This document shows, one piece after another, positions 52,754 to 64,000 of a stretch of DNA of 64,000 nt (position 1 is its first letter; each line of letters begins with the position of its first letter). Both the position numbers and the translations under genes were made by a program. This DNA is from the human T2T-CHM13v2.0 reference genome, Homo sapiens, in NCBI RefSeq assembly GCF_009914755.1, contig NC_060936.1. One strand, written 5' to 3'. The notes below the pieces were generated by a model. The model made no database searches. It saw only the letters and a program-made list of their open reading frames with translations, and was not told the DNA's origin.

Positions 52754-55002
52754 TAAAAATGTAACCTTTATAGATTCATTGAGGACTTTTGACGTCATTA
52801 TATGGCGAATGTATATGACTTCATTAGGAGGCAACTAATATTTTGGCTTTCTTTCTTTGGAATTAGCTTCTTAGTTTGCATCTGACTGACAATCGTGTTA
52901 ATAGAGGCTATTTTTTTTTTGCCTTAAATTGTCTTATTGAGAAACTTACAATATTCCATTGCATAAAACAGATGAAGGTATTAATTTTATACCTTTATGG
53001 AAAGCAATTACAGTACCTGTGATTGACTGTCAGATTTGAAAATGATGTAACTGTGATCTAACAAGAAGAAACAGGTTTTTAAAATTGTATTGCATTTTAT
53101 CACCACTCTTTCCCCTCAAAACAATGATTTTACTTTAAATAGGAGAAGAGAAAGGAAATTGACATTTTTGATTACCTATCATTTGTCAGGTGTTATTTAA
53201 TCTGTGTAATCTCATTTTATAACCAAGGAAACTGACTCAGGGGTTTCAGTATCTTACTCAAGGTCACATAGCCCATTAGTGCTCTTAAGTAGACCTATCT
53301 TTTCTTTAATGACAACAAAATGTCTAGTCAATTAAAAATGTAAAGTTTATTTAAAATTTTGAGTTATTAGAAAAATATGATATAATGTACAAAGTACGAA
53401 TGCTCTGGAAAATATGTAACTCTTGATTTTCTCATTTTATTCTTGTGCAATACAATCCTTCTTATGTCCATCAGAGAATTAAAGTGGTGAACATTTTGAA
53501 CTTCCTTCATATATTAGCCAGCTGGCATGTTTTCCTAGCAAAATATTTTCTGATTTGACCACAGACTCTCTCAATCAGTTGTTACTGGTTTGAATAATAG
53601 AATATGCTGTCATGGTGGGCACCTGATCATGAAAACTGATATCTGGAGTGCATTTTTATTTGGATTTAAAATGTTTTTACAATCCCAGTATAAACACTGT
53701 TAATCTAGTCAAAACTTTTTCTCACAAGATCAAGAGCTTGCATAGTTTTACTTTAACTAGTTATAGTCAAAAGGGTAAGAATAAGTTGTGCATTTACATT
53801 ACACAAAATCTTATTTTAAACATGAAGGATGTCAGACTAAAAATAGTGTTAGGAATTTTTGAGATAAAACAGTTTAGTTTTAAAACTCTAAATAACTGGA
53901 TTTATTTAATTTACATAGCATTTGGAAATTTTCTGATGTGTAACCTTTGTGGGGTTGGGGAGTAAGTGTACAGTTTTTGGTACAATGCTGGAAAATTACA
54001 AATATGTCCTACATTTGGAGAATAGATCCAATGTTTGAGAGTTACTGATTTTTTTGTTTTTGGTTATTCATTGAACTAGTTTCATGAAATAGAATTAATT
54101 TCCATTTTCATGACACAACAGGCCCCTGCACTAAGGACAATGAGGATAATTTTTTTAGTTGTGTTTGTATAGATGAGTAAAGAGCTGCTTATTTTAAGGC
54201 AGTTTGGACACTTAGTCTTAAATGTGGATAGTAAGTACTACCAGTGGCTAATTATTATAGGAAGTATAAAAATGTAGATTTAAAAGGGTCAAATATATAG
54301 AAAATAATATTTAGGAGTACTTGATTTCTTTCTGTTTTTGTTGTGTAAAGTTTATATTGTAGTTTAGTTCTAGTGAACTATAGTTGTACTTGAATACCCA
54401 CCCATCTTCAAATGCAATGAGTTGACAGATCTTGGTGTTAGTGGAAACTACTAAAATATTAAAGGAACTTAACTATAGAAGACAGCAATGTATTACATTT
54501 CATAAATCATATCTGGATACTTAAAAATATTTAGTACTCATGGTGTATTAAAAAGGAGTAGTTAGAATTTAATTTTTGCTGAATTAGGGCTGGCAGCTTT
54601 TGGAAGGCATCATTATTAATTTCTAGAATATTAATGGAGCAGAATGGAATCAATAAAAAAAACCTTCAACTTGTTCACTGAGAGAATTTATTATGCAGAT
54701 GTTGAAGAAGACTTTAAAGAAAGCATTATAGTTAGATAAAATATTAGCATGCAAACATGTTGGTAACATTAGTGGATCTCTAAGCAACTATATGTCACTG
54801 TAGCCAGGTTATAATCTGTTTTATTTCTCGTGGGATAGATAGAAATTCTGTCAAAAAAGAGAAAGAAAAAGAATAATTTTGCCTGATTACTAACATCTGA
54901 CAACTTATAGAAAGAAACCTGTGTCTTTTTAGCACTTGTTTGTTACAGTTTCATGTGTCCATGAGCTGAGAAGAATCAAAATTAATCTCTGGCTCAAGGT
55001 TT

Positions 55003-55037
55003 TACACTTGATCTTAGCCAAAAGGCCGAGAAGCAAT
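55003..55037 (-). pseudogene. U2 snRNA 5' fragment (nt 1-35), tailless retropseudogene
   Basis: Minus strand reads ATTGCTTCTCGGCCTTTTGGCTAAGATCAAGTGTA, equal to U2 nt 1-35 with one CpG-type C>T. Flanked by direct repeat GGCTCAAGGTTTTA (54991-55004 and 55038-55051). Confidence 0.95.
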
Positions 55038-55097
55038 GGCTCAAGGTTTTAGCACTGATGTTTTGCTTTCCTAGTAATAGTAATGAAACATAATTTT

Positions 55098-56867
<1,770 letters not shown>

Positions 56868-57362
56868 TTAATCTTTATGACCATATTTTTAGACTAAACC
56901 CTTGGAATATTGTGTTATATGGGAATTCACTATGGCAATGAGAATTTTAAATACGAGATTAAAAATAGATTCGCCAAAAGAACGAAAAGGAACTAAAAAG
57001 AATCAAAATTTTCCCCCATCAATAGTACTTAAGTATAGTTTACTGCCCACCCATCCATCCATTTTGGGTAGAAGAAATTTGACGAATTTCAAGAAATGTA
57101 ACAGCGGCTATGTATTTACCAGTTTTATCATGTGCAAACTTGCCTTAGTTGTTCATATTTTATAAAATCATGAAAACCTTTTTCTTTTATATCTGGTTTC
57201 CAAAATTGTCTCATAGTTCAACTTGGGTGTTCTCTTCAAACCCACAAAAATTGAATGTAGACTTTACCAAAATTTAATTTGTATTTCTTATCTCAGTTAT
57301 AAGTTATTGAATATTCTGGTACCCAACTTTATTTTTTTTTTTTTTGGCATTATCTTTTTCAG

Positions 57363-57596
57363 CACAGTGGAGAATTTACAGTCTCTCTCAGTGATGTTTT
57401 ATTGACATGGAAATACTTGCTCCATGAGAAATTGAACTTACCAGTTGAAAACATGGACGTGACTGACCATTATGAGGACGTTAGGAAGATTTATGATGAT
57501 TTCTTGAAGAACAGTAATATGTTAGATCTGATTGATGTTTATCAAAAATGTAGGGCTTTGACTTCTAATTGTGAAAATTATAACACAGTATCTCCT
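57363..57596 (+). CDS. PARPBP: PARPBP coding exon (exon 3, 234 nt, aa 52-129)
   Basis: Poly-T tract plus tttttcag|CAC; translates HSGEFTVSLSDVLLTWKYLLHEKLNLPVENMDVTDHYEDVRKIYDDFLKNSNMLDLIDVYQKCRALTSNCENYNTVSP; donor CCT|GTAAGT; phase 0-0. Confidence 0.96.
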
Positions 57597-60491
57597 GTAA
57601 GTATTTTTTAAACAATTCTATTTTAATCAAATTAAAATTTAGCTCTATTTATTTTGAATTATAGTATCACCAGTTATAGTAACTTGGTAATGTTTTTGCT
57701 TTGTGAATCATGTTAAAAATGGGAAAATTTAGCTACCTGAAAGCTACTTATTACTTGAAAGAAAGATTTTGTGGTAAATTTTCTTGGACTTGTGTTATTG
57801 TTATTTAGTTGCTATACGGATAGCTTCTTATTAGATCAAAAATCCCTAACAAAGAAATTAGTCCCAAATGCCTGATTTCTTTTTGAATCATGTCAAAGAT
57901 TGCTTTTGTATTCACTTTCTTGATTTAATGTGCATCTGTTCATTTGGCATATGTTGGATAAATGATTGGTGTGACTTTTTCTATGGATTAATAATGTTAT
58001 TTTACTACATATAGGTATCATTTATTTTATGAAAATAGTATTATGCAATATACATGAGATAATAGACTATTCTTTTTTTGCACAAGCATTTTTTTAATGG
58101 AGTATAAATGTAAAAATTAAATGGAGTAGTATCCCTTGCAGTTTGGTTTTGTCTACGTTAGAATTTATAAACTGTTTTAGAATATATTTGGGTGTATCTA
58201 GTTATTTTTAAAGTGTTGGAAATATTTTTAGTTATTTGAACATTTACTGAGTGCCAATAAAGTAGTAGTTAAATAGTGGCAATAAATAACTGAAGCTGGA
58301 ATTAGAGGAAAATGTTTGCTATATTTTGTAAGATAATCAATTATTTTATAAATATTTCAATACAATACTTGAGAACAGTGTTTTAGCCGATTATAATAGA
58401 AACCTCCACTACAATAGTTATTGAGAGAAAAATAGAAGTATAACTCTTTTATGTAAGATGTCTAAAGATATGCAACCAAGACTGATATGATAGCTCCATG
58501 GTTATCAGAGACCTGGACTTTTTCTATCATTCTGCTCGCCCATTTTAGTCCTTGGTTCCTACCCTCTAGACCATTTTATGGTCCAAGATGACTGTTGGAG
58601 CTCCAGCCATTATATCCATTATATTGGTATTCCTTGTACCAAGAACTAGTAAGGAAGAACAGCACTTTGCTTTTCTCTTAAGGGTACATAGCTTTTTCTT
58701 TCATGTCATTGCCAAAAGGTTAGTCACATGGCCACAACAAGCTGCAAGGGAGGATGGAGAATATAGATCTTATTCTGGGTAATATCTTGCCAGAATAAAA
58801 ACAAAAGCTCTATTACTAGGGAAGAAAGGGAGAATGGATATTGGCAGGCAGCTTGCTGTCTTTGCCTCATTGAACTATCATAAAAACCTTTGCCTTGTTA
58901 CAGCTTCCTCAAAACATATCCGCACACATGTACAACTACACTATGGTAAGGATACTTGTAAAGATAGCTTTTTAAATTCTTCCTTAGCTATATTTTATTT
59001 GCTTGCTTACAGAGATGATTTTTGTCTATTTTTCACATAGTTGATTTAGAGAGGCTTAATCATATATCAGTACTGGATTGTAGGACAACAAAGATCTTAA
59101 AAACCAGTGACAGTATAATCTACCTGAGGTCTTTGGGCGCATTGTTTTCCTTCTATTCCTCGCCCTTGTCTAAGTCCTCTAATAAGTTTCCTCATTTGAG
59201 TGGGTTAAGTTATAGTATGATATATATCAGGGTACAAGTTTGAGGTTGTCTCTGTGGGATACTCTCTCCAAATGTCATCGTGTCATCAGGAGTAAAATTG
59301 AAGCTGCTAAGATGGTAGTACATGAAGTAGAAAATGTTCTGCATTTTAACCGTGGAAGATCAACAACTTAATCTCTGATACTATTGTTTGTTCTAGGGAA
59401 ATTTCCAGTGCGGGGAAAAAGTAGACAGGAAAATATATCCCTAGATTGATTTCTCAAAAATGCACTAAGTATAATCCCAATTTTTGCTGAAAGTCTCTTT
59501 CAAGGTACATATTAGAATATTCCAAACAGTTTTGAATGTCATGATCCTGAATTTTCATAATCCTGATAAAGTTTCTTTGTTTCATATTTGTTGTAGCTGA
59601 AATAAGGTAGGGATTATGAGGAATTAAGATAAAGCTAAGTCAGGGCAATTTTGGGAATGTGGTCACTTAAACAGTGCCCCTTCCCTCTTCACTCCCTACT
59701 TACGATTCCTCTCCTAAGGAAAATGGATTCAGGGCCCATGGGCATCTCGGAGCATACAAGGCCTTAGATTGTAACTGGAGACTAAGTAGAGAGATTTGAT
59801 ACAGGGCTTGCTTTCTCATGAACTGAGCAAGTATCTGGAAGACAGGATCAGAGACCTGGGGTGAGGAGCAGAAATGGTTAATCCTGAGAAGAGCTTAGCC
59901 TCAGAGATCTGTGGACGTCTTTGGGGGAAGGTCAGCAAATGACCTCTGTAGGTACGCTCATATTCCCTGACCCTCAAGCCAAGAAGTAGCTGAATAGATG
60001 GGCTCACTTCTTGTTGGTGAGGCTTGGGAGAACACAAGACTCTTCCTTAGCCTCAGCAGATGACTGGTAGCCTGTTTGTTTGTCCACTGCTGCTCTGTAA
60101 GTATAGATACAATTTCAACTTCTATTACTTGTAGAACTGTCATCACTTAAGCTACTTCAGCAGTCAGATCTGAGTCCCAAAAAGCTAATGAAGAAAACAA
60201 CACACCATTTAAGGGTTTCCAGCAGCCAGAGAAGGATGAGTTAGCTGCAACACACGTGCGTAACAGAACAGAGCTACTGGGGGGAATGACAGCAACTTGA
60301 ATACGTATAAATGTTAGGTACTTGGGAAAATTCAAGAATAGCACCTCAACATAAAACTATGGATCTGGCAAAAAAGAAGGCAGTGCACCTGCGTGGGCCT
60401 GGGTCTGGGTGGGGGTGCCGCGGGTGCTTCATGATGCTGGGCTCTCTGGGATGGGGGGATGGCAGAGGGTGCTGCAACTACCCACGGAAGA

Positions 60492-61008
60492 ATGCAGCTG
60501 AAGGCATAGGTTTTTGGCTTTAACTTCTTTGTGATGAGAAGGCCACCCTTGAGAAAGCTCATAAAATGTAGCACCTCTGCAGAAATGGTCCTTAGTTGGA
60601 GCCTGCGGCTGCTGGGAGATGCATCAACATCAGTGAATGGGGTCCTTTGGGTGGGTCCCTGATGCCTGCACACTTTTTAGGACCTTCTGATCTACCTGGC
60701 AGGGGTCAACTATACAGCCACCTTCAGAAAGAGGAAGCTTGCTGCTGTCTAGGCCAGATCTCTTGGCTCCTGGGGAAGATCCACCAGTGTCAGCCTCATT
60801 GACTCTGGAGCGGCAGAAGGGAGAGTCCCTCTTAGCATGGAGCTGGTCCCTAAACTTCAGATTGCCTGGGATTCCCATCACGGTCCAGAAGAAGAGACGA
60901 GACCTGAAGAAGCTGGCAGCTGTCATGCGGCAAGTGAGACAATGGGAAAGCCACCCGCTTCAGAACATTGAAGAAGCCACCTGGCACCAACTCACTGTCC
61001 AAGCTGAG
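60492..61008 (+). pseudogene. CCDC201-like processed pseudogene (retrocopy) in PARPBP intron 3
   Basis: Pieces in shifting frames (MQLKA*VFGF; MRRPPLRKLIKCSTSAEMVLSWSLR; GSLMPAHF; DLLIYLAGVNYTATFRKRKL; DLLAPGEDPPVSASLT; LPGIPITVQKKRRDLKKLAAVMRQVRQWESHPLQNIEEATWHQLTV) are collinear with CCDC201 as I recall it. Intronless, with stops and frameshifts. Confidence 0.8.
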
Positions 61009-62209
61009 AAGAAGGAACCAGGGACCCAAGGAGCTTCAGTTTAATATAAAACCAGGAGCAAACCTCCGAAGTCCAGGCATCTCAGAGAAATGCTTTTTTT
61101 GTGTACCATGGTTACCAAATACAGAGCTAGATTTTATTTTTGTAAATATTTGCATCTCCTGCTTTATCAAAAAGTTTTCTTTTTTCTTCCTAAAAACCAA
61201 AGAATGCTTTTATTTCCAACTGCATCCCTTGCTCTGCTGCTTCCTCGCTCCTCTTCCTAGATGTTGGGCAGGTGGGCTGGGTCTTCTCAGGGATGCAGAT
61301 GAAAGCTTGTTGCTAGAGTGGAATAAAAAAGGGCAGCCCCTGTTCGAAATCTCAGACTGGATTGAAAAACACAGGACATAATATAGTCTAAGTCCATCTA
61401 GGATCTTCTGTTTTAAGAGACAGGTGTAAAGATTTACTCTCAAACTGCAGGATGGGTGGAAAGTATTCCAGATCAAGGTTCCAGTTCTCCCTGGGAGCAC
61501 CCACATTTCTTTTAAGGTTTCTAGCAGAGATGTAATGATGAAATTACTCACAAAAGGGATTAGATGCAGGCTGGTAGTTGCAGTTACTGGGTTACTATAA
61601 ATTTCGTGTATTGATGTTCTACATATGTGGTAAGAATTTATTTACTGTGTAGTATGTTTAAACATTTGTAAGTTTTATGAGCTAGTTCCTCCTGTGTAAG
61701 CTGACAATTCAAGTTGTTCACTGTTTTCCTGTGACAGTTATTATCTGGTTATAAAATTATCAGATAAAAATAAGAGAAGGTTATTACTTTTTCAAATACA
61801 ACATGAAAGTATAAAAAAGCAGACTTTCCTTTGTAATTGCATAACATTGAGATAAATACTTCAGAGTAATTTCATCTGATACTTATTAAAAATCATTTTC
61901 ATGACGATTAAAAAAAAAAGGGTTCCCAACCCTTTGGTAGATCAATTCAGACCAAAATTAGTTTCTTGAAAATTAAGCACAATAAATATTTAAAGCACAA
62001 AGAAAAATATTAGGTAAAGAAATCATGAAGTACTTAGTAATTTTCCAAGTAGAAGAACAGTAAAACAAAAAAAAAAAAAAAGGAAAAAGAGGAGTTAAAC
62101 AGAAACAGATGCATAAGAGGCTATAATTAAGTACATAATAATTTGATATAAATATATTTGTTATAAGACGTATTTTCCTTAGCTGAAACAAAAGCAGATA
62201 GCACCGTTA

Positions 62210-62845
62210 TTGTAGGTTGGCCTTTTGAGATATCTTTTCAGGTTCTTTGCATGTCTGACACCCATGGTTCCACCTGGACCTACCCAGAAGCAATTCAGCA
62301 TGCAGGACGACAGCTTTGATCCCCTATGATATCATCTCTGCCTCCACCAATCAGCAGCAAGCCTAGCCACCCCTCACTCCTTCTTCCAAATTGCCTTTGA
62401 AAACCCCCTAACCTATGAGTTTTGGATGAGATTGGTTTGAATACTACCTGTCTCCCACGTGGCATGGCCAGCCTTGTGCCTATTAAACTCTTTTTTGAGA
62501 CAGGGTATCACTCTGGCGCCCAGGTTGGAGTGCAGTGGTGTAGTCGCAGCTCACTGCAGCCTTCCTGGGCTCAAGTGATCATCCCACCTGAGCCTCTTGA
62601 GCAGCTGGGACTACAGGCACATGCCACCATGCCCAGCTAATGTTTTGCATCTTTCGCAGAGACAGAGTTTCGTTGTGTTGCCCAGGCTGGTCTTGAACTC
62701 CCGGGCTCCAGCAATCCACCTGCTTTGGCCACACAAAGTGAGGATTACAGGTGTGAGCCACGGTACCTGACCCTAAACTCTTTCTTTACTGCAGTTATGT
62801 GGTCTTTATTTGTGTAGCACACAGGAAGAACCCATGGGCAATTAC
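62210..62845 (+). mobile_element. ERV1-class (MER4-group) LTR interrupted by an Alu
   Basis: CCAATCAGCAGC and ATTAAACTC polyA region; ends GGGCAATTACA. Confidence 0.6.
62490..62772 (-). mobile_element. Alu (J-type) inside LTR
   Basis: Antisense Alu; TSD TAAACTCTTT. Confidence 0.9.
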
Positions 62846-63001
62846 ATTATGAAGTTTAATTATATGTATTCTTAATGATTGCTAACAACTGTCAGGTAAT
62901 ACTCTCAACTGAAACATCAATGACACTGAGTAGAGCTTTATGTGAAGTATTTTTTATAGTCAGCATAGCATTTTATTAGTAATACTCTATGTTTTCTACA
63001 G

Positions 63002-63109
63002 AGTCAACTACTGGATTTTCTGTCTGGCAAACAGTATGCAGTAGGTGATGAAACTGATCTTTCTATACCAACATCACCAACAAGTAAATACAACCGTGAT
63101 AATGAAAAG
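63002..63109 (+). CDS. PARPBP: PARPBP coding exon (exon 4, 108 nt, aa 130-165)
   Basis: Acceptor gttttctacag|AGT; translates SQLLDFLSGKQYAVGDETDLSIPTSPTSKYNRDNEK; donor AAG|GTACTG; phase 0-0. Confidence 0.94.
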
Positions 63110-63599
63110 GTACTGATAAACTGTGAGTAAATTAAAGCAGACTATAATCCCTTTCAAATCACTGAATTTGGTGGTACCTTAAAGTTACTAATGCTTTGTA
63201 AAAATTTTTTTAACAAATCTTTAGTATGTTTAAAACTGTATTCGCAAAGAATAATACATTGGAGGCTGGTGAGAATGTGATAAAAGAGTCTTTATGGTTT
63301 GGGGCCAAGGTAACAGGCATTGAACAAAAATAGTTATCATTCAAAGTATCAGGAAAGTAATTGAAGGTCCAGTTTGTCAGAGTTCTTTGACTCTCTTTGG
63401 TAAACTTCACATTTACTCTTTTAGATGGTTCATCCTTGGGAGAATATGCTCAACTGAAAAATCTGGTCTGTACCCCTTGCAGTAGTACAGCTCATATATC
63501 AGGAGTTTGGATGATAGGGTTTGTCGTATAAACCACCGAAAAGTAGTGCCACATACAAGTTTGGTTTAATATAATTTACGTTCAGCTGAATACTATGCT

Positions 63600-64000
63600 G
63601 GGTACCTAAACATATATGGTAACCCCACTAACCATAGTAGTAGTACTTACGAAAACGGGGACTAAACTATGACCTTTTTTCTCTCTTGCCCAAATTCCTA
63701 TTTAAGGGGCCTGGGGAGTCATACCTTCTAAACTGTAACATCTCATCAGATGGGTTTTATTTAACCCTCTATAATGTGGTTTACTTTCCAGCCTGACTCT
63801 GGCATAACATCACATGACAGATAGAGAAGGAAATAAAAATATTTTACCCCAAAATATGTTTCTTTGCCATATTTTGAAATGGTCCTACAAAGCTGTCTTT
63901 TGTGGAGGAAAATTTGCGTTTGTAAAGGATATCAATTAACTAAATCTTTCCCCTTCCAGGCCCTCCCAGTCCTGAAGAGATAACTGAGAGTCTAGCACCT
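63600..64000 (+). mobile_element. ERV1-class (MER34/MER39-like) LTR, truncated by the window end
   Basis: Motif ATATTTTACCCCAAAATATGTTTCTTTGCCATATTTTGAAATGG. Confidence 0.55.

Noticed and set aside
60739-61044. 101-aa ORF as an independent novel gene
   Set aside because: It has a non-ATG start and is the open 3' portion of the disrupted CCDC201-like retrocopy; no evidence of translation.
61335-61480. Weak resemblance to the L1 ORF2 N-terminus (SDWIEK...GWK)
   Set aside because: Too degenerate to call by eye; needs a Dfam search.

Overview
Primate (almost certainly human, chr12q23 by gene recognition) genomic DNA holding the 5' halves of two head-to-head genes that share one CpG-island promoter at about 29.2-29.4 kb. 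NUP37 is on the - strand (non-coding exon 1 plus four coding exons, aa 1-150; the rest lies left of the window). PARPBP/PARI (C12orf48) is on the + strand (non-coding exon 1 plus three coding exons, aa 1-165; the rest lies right of the window). All coding exons were placed by manual translation and GT-AG boundaries. The introns are dominated by retroelements: about 20 Alus, a full-length antisense L1PA, a 5'-truncated young L1PA, three L1s with twin-priming inversions, and several solo LTRs. Most ORFs in the supplied track derive from Alu or L1. The most notable non-obvious element is an intronless, decayed copy of what I recognise from memory as CCDC201 (a recently annotated oocyte gene) inside PARPBP intron 3. 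Also notable are a 35-nt tailless U2 snRNA retrocopy with a target-site duplication, a ~15-nt Alu stub with a TSD, a possible L1 antisense-promoter route into PARPBP exon 3, and a candidate NUP37 5'UTR micro-exon. I found no evidence for a wholly new multi-gene system. Repeat boundaries and subfamily calls are by eye and approximate.
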